The notes under the pieces: model-generated
Seen by the model: only the letters and a program-made list of their open reading frames with translations
Told to the model about the DNA's origin: nothing
Databases searched by the model: none
Program-made: the position numbers and the translations under genes
Source of the DNA: Candidatus Spechtbacteria bacterium RIFCSPHIGHO2_02_FULL_43_15b
Lineage (GTDB): Bacteria; Patescibacteriota; Minisyncoccia; Spechtbacterales; HO2-43-30
Assembly (NCBI GenBank): GCA_001819985.1
Contig: MHOE01000025.1
Coordinates: 5,738-69,737, forward strand
DNA: 64,000 bases
Reading direction: 5' to 3'
In this document: one piece after another, positions 18,344-27,421 of the stretch
How positions within the stretch are numbered: the first letter of the stretch is position 1
Layout of the letters: every line of letters begins with the position of its first letter

Positions 18344-21300
18344 TTATCGCATCATCTCTGCCATGCCGCAATATTCGCAACCCTTATCGCCGCAAGTTCT
18401 TTCCCAGAATGAAAAATTCAAAATCTCATCGGAAACCTCCAAAATCCTATCCTTTAGCTGACGGATTTCTTCCTCTAATATTACAAATTTTTCCTTGTAC
18501 AATTTGCCAGTTCTTTTTTCAGGTTCGACGAAATCTATCTCTCCCGATACCATTATGGGCTTAAAACCCATTTTTTCCCGAGCGGATTGCGACATTTCGT
18601 CCATAAGAATTTTGTAAAATACCAGCTGTCTTTTTTCGTTCCCCGTCGAGTTCCTGGTTAAGCCGCATAAAGCGTTCCTTGTCTTTCTTTTCCCAGTTTT
18701 GTAGTCAACTACATTCACCTCGCCATTCCCCAAAATTTCGATTTTGTCGATTTTACCCGTAATCCGTACCTTATCCGCAAGTAAAATGTTTTTTATCCCA
18801 AATTCGTTCACGGTATTTTTATACAGAATGTCTTTATAGTTTTCGTAATAACGCGCTAAAGATTCTTTTCCCTTTTCCAAACTTTCCGTGAAATCATGCT
18901 CGCCTATCGGCTCTTTCCAAAGCGCCTGCTCGAAACATTCAAGCAGATAATCTCGGCCTGCTTGGGCTTCATTTTTGGAGCGTAAAACATCAAAAAAGTC
19001 CTTTAACGCGGCGTGCACCGCAGTTCCCAGCATCTCATGCTTTGTTTTCGCGCGAGGAATCTGTAAAAGATTGTTATAAAAATATTTCCACGGGCAAGAA
19101 ATATAATTGTTGAGCGCGGTTGGAGACAGCCCCCTGTTTTGAAAAATGTTTCGCAGAAAATCTTTTTCTTCTTCTCTTACCGTCGGTGTTTTCTTCTCCG
19201 CGAATAAAACACCGTAATTTCTGGCAAAACTGTCTTCGTAAATTTGACTAGTCCCTTCTTCCTTGCTCTCATCAGATATTTCCGTTATGAACTGGCACGG
19301 AAAAAGCTCTCGACCGTCATAGTTTAACCTTGGATAGCTGATGTAAACTTGTTTTCGCGCGCGAGTCAACGCCACATAAAAAAGTCGTCTTTCATCGTCT
19401 TCCGCGTCATAACTGGCGTTTGATTGCGCGCCTATGCCTATATTTTCATACAACGGCAATTTCAGCATTTTTCTGTCTCTTCGCTTGCCCCAATGGCCGT
19501 AGCTGGCTCCCGTTATGAATACATAATCAAACTCCAGACCCTTTGACCTATGAGCCGTCATTAAGCGAACCGCGTTTTTAGGAATATCCAATCTAACATC
19601 GCGAAGTTTTAGATTTTTTGCGGATATAAGTTCCATATGACTTATGAAGTCGCCGATGCTGTAATATTTATTTTCCGCAGAAAGTCTTTTTGAAAGCTGA
19701 AGAAGTTTTCCCACCCTTGCCATTCGCTCAATGTAATCATCTTTTAATAAAATATGTTTAAGCATTCCGGACTCTCTTAGAATTGCCTCCAATGCTTGCG
19801 GAGCGCTTTTGTCTTTTACATAGCGACTTAAATTCTCTAGCTTGCCGTATGCCCTGCTTATCCTTATAGCTTTTGAAATTCCGAGATCCCGCATCCTTTT
19901 AGAACTTCGCATGATATCGTGAATGGAATTAAACTTTATATGCCTTAAAAATTGCCTGGGCTGAATAAGTTTATACGCGTCAAGCGATGGTATCCCGAAA
20001 AAATCTATACTTAAAATCGCGGATAAATTTTCCGAATTGCCAAAATCCGAAACTGCCTTCATTATCCGGAATAAATTTCTGACTTCTTCACCCGAAAGAA
20101 GATCTTCATCCGATTCCACGCGGCACGCGACCCCGCTCTTTTCAAGCATATCCTTTATCCACACAGAATCCTTGTTGTTTCGGTAAAGCACGGATATCTC
20201 CCGCGGCGCGACTCCGGATTTTATAAGCTTTTTTATTTTTTTCGCGACAAAATAATTTTCCAAATTCGTATCCTTAAACGCGTAAACGCGAACTTTTTTT
20301 TCGGGGTGAATCCCCTGCGAAAAAAGCCCTGTTTCTTCTTTAGTCAAAATACCCGAAAGCTTGCGCAAATTATTCTTAGCCACGGATCCCGCCGCATCAA
20401 GAATTGACTGCGTGGACCTGTAATTTTCTTTTAGCGTTATAATCTTCGCCATAGGAAACTTCGTATGAAAATAGAGAAAATTTGCCAGATTTGCCCCTTG
20501 GAACCTGTATATGGATTGCTTTTCATCGCCAACCACGAAAATATTAGGGGTTTCTTCGGCGGAACACAAAAGTTCGATCACCATATTTTGCGCCTGGTTT
20601 GCGTCCTGGTGTTCATCGGCCATAATGTACCTGTATTTTTCCTGAAGTTTCTCGAGTAAAATATTGCCGCTTTTCAACCTCTCTATAAAGCAGAGGATGA
20701 TATCATCATAATCATATCCGCGCTCCAAAAGCGCTTCCTGATATTTTTTGTATGCGAACACGACTTCTTTGTTCTTTTCTATATCCCTTTCAAGAACTCT
20801 GTATTTTACCTTCATTTTCCCTTTGTATGGCCCTTTTTCGTTATACAAATCCTCCATAATTCCAAAATTTTCTTCCTGCTGTTTCACCATCTCATTCAAT
20901 CTTGCCGGACTTACGCCTTCTTTCTTCATATCCGAAAACGCGTTCAGCAACGACTCGGCATACATTAAATTATTTCCGAACGGACGCAAGAGTTTGAAAT
21001 TATTATTCAGTATAACTTTTTCTATTATGCCGACTTGCGAAATTTCATCTACTAAATTTTTTCTAAAAAATTGCGGAAAATCATCCGGGTTTTCTTTGAT
21101 AATTTCGTTGCAGAATGAATGAAATGTTGAGATGCAAATATGGTATGCGGCCTGTCCAAGCATACTTATCAGGCGTTCGCGCATTACCGAAACTCCGCTG
21201 TCGGTAAAAGTAAGCGCCAGAATTTCTTCCGGCTTCGCTTTCCCTTTAAGCATAATGTTCGCTGTGCGCAATATGAGAACCTGCGTTTTCCCGGTCCCGG

Positions 21301-21457
21301 GTCCCGCAACAACCATTACCGGGCCGTCTAAACTGTCCACGGCTTCTTTTTGTTCTCGGTTTAAACGGCTATAAAATTGTTGAAATTCTTTTGCGTTCAT
21401 TGCATTTGAAACTTTCGCTCGCCGAACCTTTTTTCGGCCTGTATGCGAATAATGCAT
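18344..21457 (-). CDS. UvrD/PcrA-family helicase fused to C-terminal Cas4/AddB-like PD-(D/E)xK nuclease with 4-Cys Fe-S cluster
   Basis: Helicase motif I AGPGTGKTQ and motif III VGDEKQSIYRFQGA are present. The C-terminus carries CPWKYF...VDYKTGK and a TCGDKGCEYC Cys cluster. Confidence 0.75.
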   Translation of the reverse strand: MHYSHTGRKKVRRAKVSNAMNAKEFQQFYSRLNREQKEAVDSLDGPVMVVAGPGTGKTQVLILRTANIMLKGKAKPEEILALTFTDSGVSVMRERLISMLGQAAYHICISTFHSFCNEIIKENPDDFPQFFRKNLVDEISQVGIIEKVILNNNFKLLRPFGNNLMYAESLLNAFSDMKKEGVSPARLNEMVKQQEENFGIMEDLYNEKGPYKGKMKVKYRVLERDIEKNKEVVFAYKKYQEALLERGYDYDDIILCFIERLKSGNILLEKLQEKYRYIMADEHQDANQAQNMVIELLCSAEETPNIFVVGDEKQSIYRFQGANLANFLYFHTKFPMAKIITLKENYRSTQSILDAAGSVAKNNLRKLSGILTKEETGLFSQGIHPEKKVRVYAFKDTNLENYFVAKKIKKLIKSGVAPREISVLYRNNKDSVWIKDMLEKSGVACRVESDEDLLSGEEVRNLFRIMKAVSDFGNSENLSAILSIDFFGIPSLDAYKLIQPRQFLRHIKFNSIHDIMRSSKRMRDLGISKAIRISRAYGKLENLSRYVKDKSAPQALEAILRESGMLKHILLKDDYIERMARVGKLLQLSKRLSAENKYYSIGDFISHMELISAKNLKLRDVRLDIPKNAVRLMTAHRSKGLEFDYVFITGASYGHWGKRRDRKMLKLPLYENIGIGAQSNASYDAEDDERRLFYVALTRARKQVYISYPRLNYDGRELFPCQFITEISDESKEEGTSQIYEDSFARNYGVLFAEKKTPTVREEEKDFLRNIFQNRGLSPTALNNYISCPWKYFYNNLLQIPRAKTKHEMLGTAVHAALKDFFDVLRSKNEAQAGRDYLLECFEQALWKEPIGEHDFTESLEKGKESLARYYENYKDILYKNTVNEFGIKNILLADKVRITGKIDKIEILGNGEVNVVDYKTGKRKTRNALCGLTRNSTGNEKRQLVFYKILMDEMSQSAREKMGFKPIMVSGEIDFVEPEKRTGKLYKEKFVILEEEIRQLKDRILEVSDEILNFSFWERTCGDKGCEYCGMAEMMR

Positions 21458-21558
21458 AAAAAACGGTTTCCTCGTTTATGTTTCGCTAAAAACAATTCAA
21501 TCTTTAGTGAATGTGTATTTTACGAAAATTAAATGGCCCATACGACCCTTAATTGTCT

Positions 21559-22296
21559 TCAGATTGTGAAGTTTGTTTCAAAATTAAGAAGCTTGCCCCA
21601 TGTCTCAAAAAGCTTCTTTGTTGTTATGACATCCTCAAAACAATAACGGGCGATCTCTTCGTACTTTCCGTCCTCAAACGCTTTCGGCACTTCTTCGCCT
21701 GTTATATCCCCGTCTTTGGGACTTTTAACTCCAAATGCTTTCGCGGCGAAGTGAAGACCGGTTCTTCTAATCGCGCCGTAGAAAGTAAACTGATCCGACA
21801 GGTCAATATGCTGGGGACCGTATTTCTGCATTGAAACATAACGATTTGGCATTAGATTTCTAGACGGCTTAATACCCCAAATCGCGGAACGAATCAAGAG
21901 GTATGGCGCGTCGAAACATCTTCCGTTGAAAGTCACAAAAACAAAATAATTCCTCGCTACTTCCCAAAATCTTTCCAGTATCTCTTTTTCCGTACCAGAC
22001 CAGTAGTGAATTCCGCTTTCCTCAAAATCGGACGAGCCGGTCGCGTCCGGATGGCTCCCATCCCTTCGAAAATAAACCGCTCCTTTATTTTTATCGTCCA
22101 GCATTCCAATTGCCACTATCTCGCCTAAAAACGGCGAAAGCGGAAGACCCTTTTTAATATTCTCAAGACCTTTTTCAATCTGTTCGTCGCTTTCAGCGTC
22201 TCTTCCCGCCCATTTTTTGAAAGTTGCTATGCTTGTTTCATCGAAATCCTCGTATTTTTTCCCGATTGTTTCGATATCTAAAACTAAATAAGACAT
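21559..22296 (-). CDS. RNase-H-fold 3'-5' exonuclease (DnaQ/PolB-exo-like)
   Basis: The N-terminal YLVLDIETIG exo I motif is followed by acidic exo II/III candidates. Confidence 0.5.
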   Translation of the reverse strand: MSYLVLDIETIGKKYEDFDETSIATFKKWAGRDAESDEQIEKGLENIKKGLPLSPFLGEIVAIGMLDDKNKGAVYFRRDGSHPDATGSSDFEESGIHYWSGTEKEILERFWEVARNYFVFVTFNGRCFDAPYLLIRSAIWGIKPSRNLMPNRYVSMQKYGPQHIDLSDQFTFYGAIRRTGLHFAAKAFGVKSPKDGDITGEEVPKAFEDGKYEEIARYCFEDVITTKKLFETWGKLLNFETNFTI

Positions 22297-22379
22297 GATA
22301 GAAATGGCGCGTGTCGGTTATACCGAAATCGCGAAGATTTGTTTCGCGAAAACACGCTACCACAAATTGCAATAATCCA

Positions 22380-22757
22380 TTAGGGTTCTAAAATTTCTTT
22401 TACTTTCTTTACTAATTCCTCGGGGCTGTAATCCACCTTGAGGATGTAATCGCTGACTCCAAGCCGCAGAGATTCGAGTACGGTTTCGTTGCTTTTCAAA
22501 TTAGTAAGTATTAAAACAGGCATATCCGACGCTGTCGCATCTTTCCTGATTTCCCTAAGAATAGAAATACCGTCCATTTTAGGCAGTATGAGATCCAATA
22601 AAATTAAATCAGGTCTGTTTTCTTTGAACTTTTTAAGGCCGCTTTCGCCGTCTTCAGCGACAAAAACATTATATCCCTCTTCGCTAAGACGGTTGTTTAG
22701 AATCCGCAAGATAACGGAGTCGTCTTCTATGAGCAAGATTGTTTTTTTGTCAGCCAT
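22380..22757 (-). CDS. Stand-alone response-regulator receiver (CheY-like)
   Basis: 125 aa with phospho-acceptor context ILLDLILPKMDG and acidic pocket residues IEDD. There is no output domain and no kinase nearby. Confidence 0.8.
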   Translation of the reverse strand: MADKKTILLIEDDSVILRILNNRLSEEGYNVFVAEDGESGLKKFKENRPDLILLDLILPKMDGISILREIRKDATASDMPVLILTNLKSNETVLESLRLGVSDYILKVDYSPEELVKKVKEILEP

Positions 22758-22961
22758 ACTCTAAACTACCGCCAATTCAAAACATTGCCGAAATCGACGA
22801 TAACTGTTTTTAACTTTACTTTTAACATAACACTCATTTATATTTTAACCTCTTAATTCTAGCATACGCGTTCGCGCGAAGGCAATACGCGCCTTACGCA
22901 AAAACCTATTTTTTTATAAATTGCTTTGCGACTATTTTAGATAACTAATAAATAAAACAAC

Positions 22962-22990
22962 AAAAAAGGCGAATGCGCATCGCCTTTTGT
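22962..22990 (-). terminator. Intrinsic terminator (bidirectional) downstream of the GC-rich CDS
   Basis: AAGGCGA-atgcgca-TCGCCTT stem-loop flanked by AAAAAA and TTTTG. Confidence 0.6.
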
Positions 22991-23103
22991 TAATTAACTA
23001 AAGAATGAAAACCATTCACGCTACCTTTTCACGGAAGTGTAGGTAGCCCAAATTTTGCTGACTCAAGGAGTCAAAAGACCCAAGAGTTCGAGTTTTCGAG
23101 GGG

Positions 23104-23961
23104 CTACTGCGAGACGAACCCCGAGGCCGAGCCACAGAGCTTGTCGGCACTGCAGACCAAGCTGACGACGAACCTGACCTCGCCGCCGTAGAATCTGAAG
23201 GTCGGCGCGCGCGAGAAGTCGCCATCGGCGTCCGGACTGTACTCGTCACTGGGGCAGTCGATGTGCAACCGATCCTGCTGAACGAGCCGCTCGGGATGCG
23301 ACAGAATCATGCACCCCGTGATAAACGACCCGAGGCCGAACTCGTGGGGAGCGTAGACCACGCGCACCCGCCGGATGGACCGACCCCGATGGGTCAGACC
23401 GAACTGCGCCGGGATCAGCAGAAAGTCGCCCTTCTGCTTATCGCCGATCATCTGGAGCGCGACAGCCGTCCGCTCGGATAGCCGCAGGTACTTCGGGCCG
23501 AGTGCGCCTTTGTAGTAGTTGTGGAAGGTGCGGGTTTTGTCGATCAGGTCAAGGACCTTCTCGACAGCCTCGTTGTACGAGGACGCAACCTTCTCCCACC
23601 GCGGAACGGCGAACCAACCTTCCGCGCCAGCGGGCAGAGCCGGAAGCTCCTTGAAGTAGGCCAACACCGAACTGGCGTTGAGACCGTTGAAGTGCTTGGA
23701 AAGCTCCACGAGCTGTTCCAAGACCGGCTTCACGGCGTACCCCTGCGGATAGCCGTAGTTGGACTGCACCTCTTCTTCGGCGAAAAACGGACTCGCCGTG
23801 ACGAGAGGTCTCGAGGTCACTTCCGTGGCCTCGACGATGGACTGCAGGGATCTCGCGACTCCACTCGGATCGAGCGTGCCTTCCAACAGACGACGCTGGA
23901 CTTCCCACATACGGCGGGAAATCGTTCCAAGAATGTCGTCTGCGACGATGTGAGTCGTCAT
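23104..23961 (-). CDS. Compositionally foreign (~60% GC) protein of unknown function
   Basis: The ORF extends to 24021, but a perfect AAGGAGG SD sits 7 nt before the internal ATG at 23961. GC content and codon usage (CGG/GCC/CTG-rich) are unlike every other gene here, and I recognised no family motif. Confidence 0.6.
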   Translation of the reverse strand: MTTHIVADDILGTISRRMWEVQRRLLEGTLDPSGVARSLQSIVEATEVTSRPLVTASPFFAEEEVQSNYGYPQGYAVKPVLEQLVELSKHFNGLNASSVLAYFKELPALPAGAEGWFAVPRWEKVASSYNEAVEKVLDLIDKTRTFHNYYKGALGPKYLRLSERTAVALQMIGDKQKGDFLLIPAQFGLTHRGRSIRRVRVVYAPHEFGLGSFITGCMILSHPERLVQQDRLHIDCPSDEYSPDADGDFSRAPTFRFYGGEVRFVVSLVCSADKLCGSASGFVSQ

Positions 23962-24021
23962 GGTGACAACCTCCTTTTGATTTGCGAGATTCGCCCTCGC
24001 TGTTGCGGCCCGCCTCGACAT

Positions 24022-24070
24022 GAGGTAAGCGCGTTAGGCATAACAGCATTACGCCCAGTGCGCTTACCTC
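24022..24070 (-). promoter_or_regulatory. Leader hairpin (11-bp perfect stem, 27-nt loop) in the 5' UTR of the GC-rich gene
   Basis: GAGGTAAGCGC pairs with GCGCTTACCTC. A candidate sigma-70-like promoter lies upstream: -35 TCGACA (complement of 24133-24138), a 17-nt spacer, then -10 TATATT. Confidence 0.45.
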
Positions 24071-24273
24071 ATAAAAATAGCCCTCTTTTCAATGTGTGAT
24101 TTACTGCTAAAATATAGCAGATTACATCTAATTTGTCGATATTCCGGAATCTCAAAATAATTAGCGGGGTTATAAAACTTATCATTACTGCCCATGACAC
24201 TTCTACATTTTATTGACTACCCCGCACGAATCAATTAACATAAATGTAGAATCTTTTGTCAGGGGAGAATGTG

Positions 24274-24525
24274 ATGTCTGCAATGCCTAAAATAAATGAT
24301 GATGTCTATGTCCCAACAATTTCCGATGACAATAATATATACTATGTCGGTGGGCTCGCCAAAGTAGTTAAAATTATCGCTGGCCAAATTATCGTTGAAG
24401 AACACAATAGTGCAAATTATCGCTGGAAAAACGGACTAGATGCCATGCAAGAATCTTTGAAAAAACAATTCGGAAATCAGCGAGCCTCTAGTACCGGCAT
24501 CATACCTCCATGCCCTCTTGAATGA
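24274..24525 (+). CDS. Small hypothetical protein (83 aa), divergent from the GC-rich gene
   Basis: AT-rich native-like composition. An AGGGGAG SD lies 8 nt before GTG/ATG, with TTGACT-N17-TAACAT upstream, and the stop is embedded in a terminator hairpin. Confidence 0.45.
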   Translation: MSAMPKINDDVYVPTISDDNNIYYVGGLAKVVKIIAGQIIVEEHNSANYRWKNGLDAMQESLKKQFGNQRASSTGIIPPCPLE

Positions 24526-24535
24526 GGGCATTTTC
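24510..24535 (+). terminator. Intrinsic terminator overlapping the stop codon of the small ORF
   Basis: ATGCCCTC-ttgaat-GAGGGCAT followed by TTTT. Confidence 0.5.
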
Positions 24536-27343
24536 CTATCCCAATTTCCCATGACACTTTTTATATTTTTTTCCCGATCCGCACCAACAAGGGTCGTTTC
24601 GACCCACCCTATTTGTGCCCTGCGGAACTTTTACTGAAGCTGAATCATTTTCCAAAAGATTACCGGCGCTCACATCATTTTCCGGACTTGATTCCGTAAC
24701 GCCAGCATCGCTTTGCTTCGACGATTGCCTCAATTCCACTTTGAATATAGTATTTACGACTTGCGATCTTATAGTATCAAGCAACCTTACAAACATTTCA
24801 CGCCCCTCGCGTTTATATTCAACCAACGGATCTTTTTGCCCATACGCGCGAAGACGCACGCTGTCGCGCAAATATTCCATAGCGTCCAGATGATCCATCC
24901 ACAAAATATCTATCGTGCGTATAAGCACGAATTTTTCCAATTCCCGCATCGCCTTTTCGCCCGATTTTTCTTCCTTTTCCCCATAAACTTGCTTCGCTTT
25001 CCCAAAAATAATAGCCATCAAATTCGTTTTTAGATCATCCGCGTCCTCTTTTTTTTGAATTGCGCCAAACAATTGCTGGTGGAAATCGCTCGGCAAAGGA
25101 AAAATACTTTTTATATTTTCATAAATTTCTTCTATATTCCACTCCGCGGGATGCCCCGCGCCTGTGTGAAAATTTACGACAGCTTGGATTTCTTCTTCTA
25201 GGAGATTCAAAATTTCCCGCTTCGTATCGTAATCTGGCTTTAAGATATTGATGCGCCTGCCGTATATTGTCTGCCTTTGCTTGTTCAAAACTTCGTCATA
25301 TTCCAAAACATGCTTTCTTGTGTCGAAGTGAAATCCCTCAATCTTGCCCTGCGCGGACTCGATAGCGCCTGAAATCATACCGCTTGCTATCGGCTGGTCT
25401 TCCGGAATTCGCAGAGTTTCCATAAGGCGCTTTATTCTATCGCCGCCAAATACGCGCATTAAATCATCATCGAGCGACACAAAAAATTGAGATTCGCCGG
25501 GGTCTCCCTGACGCCCCGCGCGACCTCGCAACTGATTATCTATTCTTCGCGCTTCATGTCGTTCGGTTCCCAACACAAACAGTCCTCCGGCTTCGCAGAC
25601 CTTTTTGGCCTCCTCTGGCGAGGGAGGATTTCCTCCTAAAATAATGTCCACGCCTCGGCCCGCCATATTAGTAGCTACCGTCACAGCATCCTTTCGTCCG
25701 GCTTGAGCTATAATTTCTCCCTCTCTTTCATGATTTTTCGCGTTCAAAACCTCATGCTTTATTCCGGCTTTTTGTAAAAATGTCGAAACGACTTCATTAT
25801 TCTGAATGGATGTCGTGCCAATTAAGATTGGCTGACCCTTTTCATGGCGTTTTTTAACCTCCTCCACCATCGCTCTCATTTTTCCCGCCCGGCTCCTAAA
25901 AACAAAGTCCGGGCTGTCTTTTCTTATCATTGGCTTATTTGTGGGTATTGAAACTATCTCGATTTTATAAACTCTGTCGAATTCTTCCGCGGATGTCATA
26001 GCAGTGCCTGTCATTCCGGCAAGCTTCTCGTACATTCGAAAATAATTCTGGAAAGTGATTGAGGCAAGCGTCCTTGATTCTTTCTGCACCTCCACATTCT
26101 CCTTTGCTTCAAGCGCCTGATGCAGACCTTCTGAATATCGCCGGCCGGGCATTAAACGGCCGGTAAACTCGTCAACTATTATAACCTCCCCATTTTTTAC
26201 AACATAATCTTTGTCCTTTCTAAAAAGGGTGTGAGCTCGAAGCGCTTGCTCTAATTGATGCGCATACCTGATCCCTCCGCCCTTGGCGGGATCGTAAATA
26301 TTTTCTATTCCTAAAATTTTTTCCAGTTTGGAAATCCCATTTTCCGTGATAGTTGCGGCGCGCATTTTTTCGTCAACATTGTAATCTTCGCCTTCCTTAA
26401 GTTGCGGCACAATTTGTGAAAATGTCTTATACAAGGATGTGGATTCCGCATCCGGAGCGGAAATTATAAGGGGAGTACGGGCTTCATCTATTAAAATGGA
26501 GTCCACCTCGTCAACAATTGCAAAATAGTGCGAGCGCTGAACCATCTGATCCAAAGAGTGCGCTAAGTTATCACGAAGATAATCAAATCCAAATTCATTA
26601 TTTGTGCCGTAAGTGATATCCGCATCGTACGCCTCCTTCCGCGTACAGGGACGAAGATAACTGTCCTCCACCTTAAAAGCGCCGAGAGTGTCCCTTGCCT
26701 CGTCCCGTTTGGAATTTTGCTTGTCCGCAGAAACTTCATTTAATCCCGCGCCATTGATATTTGATTCACCGTTTATAATCGGAAATTGGCTGTTTCGAAC
26801 TTTGTAAGCCGCGTCGTAAATAAATGCCGAATCATGGACTATGCACCCGATGCTCAAACCTAGGATATTGTAAATCTGACCCATCCACACCGCGTCTCTT
26901 TTTGCCAAATAATCATTTACAGTAACGACATGAACGCCTTTTCCCGTGAGCGCGTTTAAGCAAACCGAAGTTGTCGCGGCAAGCGTTTTTCCTTCACCCG
27001 TACGCATTTCGGCGATTTTTCCCTGATGCAACACAACCCCGCCCATTAGCTGAACATCATAATGCCGCTGTCCTAGAGTGCGTTTTGCCGCTTCACGAAC
27101 AAGTGCGAATGCAATTGGCAAAATTTCATCAAGTTTCTGCGCGAAACTAGCGGGGTCTGACCCCGTTAGTTTTGGGGGTCTCAATTCATTAGCCAGCTCA
27201 CTGCTTTTTTGCCTCAATTCCGCATCCGAAAAAGTCGCGATTTCCAGCTCAAACGCGTTTATTCTATCTACGACTCCATTTAACTTTTTTATTTCCTTCT
27301 CGTTGGGATCGCCGAGAATTTTAGAAAATAAGCTCATAACCAA
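24536..27343 (-). CDS. secA: Preprotein translocase ATPase SecA
   Basis: 935 aa with DEAD-like motor motifs and a C-terminal zinc-binding tail CWCGSGKKYKKCHG. Confidence 0.9.
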   Translation of the reverse strand: MVMSLFSKILGDPNEKEIKKLNGVVDRINAFELEIATFSDAELRQKSSELANELRPPKLTGSDPASFAQKLDEILPIAFALVREAAKRTLGQRHYDVQLMGGVVLHQGKIAEMRTGEGKTLAATTSVCLNALTGKGVHVVTVNDYLAKRDAVWMGQIYNILGLSIGCIVHDSAFIYDAAYKVRNSQFPIINGESNINGAGLNEVSADKQNSKRDEARDTLGAFKVEDSYLRPCTRKEAYDADITYGTNNEFGFDYLRDNLAHSLDQMVQRSHYFAIVDEVDSILIDEARTPLIISAPDAESTSLYKTFSQIVPQLKEGEDYNVDEKMRAATITENGISKLEKILGIENIYDPAKGGGIRYAHQLEQALRAHTLFRKDKDYVVKNGEVIIVDEFTGRLMPGRRYSEGLHQALEAKENVEVQKESRTLASITFQNYFRMYEKLAGMTGTAMTSAEEFDRVYKIEIVSIPTNKPMIRKDSPDFVFRSRAGKMRAMVEEVKKRHEKGQPILIGTTSIQNNEVVSTFLQKAGIKHEVLNAKNHEREGEIIAQAGRKDAVTVATNMAGRGVDIILGGNPPSPEEAKKVCEAGGLFVLGTERHEARRIDNQLRGRAGRQGDPGESQFFVSLDDDLMRVFGGDRIKRLMETLRIPEDQPIASGMISGAIESAQGKIEGFHFDTRKHVLEYDEVLNKQRQTIYGRRINILKPDYDTKREILNLLEEEIQAVVNFHTGAGHPAEWNIEEIYENIKSIFPLPSDFHQQLFGAIQKKEDADDLKTNLMAIIFGKAKQVYGEKEEKSGEKAMRELEKFVLIRTIDILWMDHLDAMEYLRDSVRLRAYGQKDPLVEYKREGREMFVRLLDTIRSQVVNTIFKVELRQSSKQSDAGVTESSPENDVSAGNLLENDSASVKVPQGTNRVGRNDPCWCGSGKKYKKCHGKLG

Positions 27344-27377
27344 TACAGGATAGCACTAAAAATCGCTTGTATCAAAT

Positions 27378-27400
27378 TAAAAAGGCGCTTAACGCCTTTA
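27378..27400 (-). terminator. Intrinsic terminator after the amidinotransferase-like gene
   Basis: AAAGGCG-cttaa-CGCCTTT with an A-run upstream on plus, giving a U-run on the minus transcript. Confidence 0.45.
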
Positions 27401-27421
27401 ATTACCTTCGATAAAAATAAG

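Noticed and set aside
23962-24021. The upstream 20-codon extension of the GC-rich CDS (ORF-track start at 24021).
   Set aside because: A perfect AAGGAGG-N7-ATG lies at the internal Met (23961). The extension would begin inside the leader hairpin.
23521-24099. Long ORFs (192 aa on plus; 166 aa at 23549-24049 and 77 aa at 23016-23249 on minus) overlapping the GC-rich gene.
   Set aside because: High-GC DNA generates long stop-free frames by chance. They overlap the better-supported CDS, which has a canonical SD, and none has its own start signals.
24256-24273. TTG start for the small plus-strand ORF as given by the ORF track.
   Set aside because: The AGGGGAG SD is positioned for the GTG/ATG at 24271-24276, not for the TTG.
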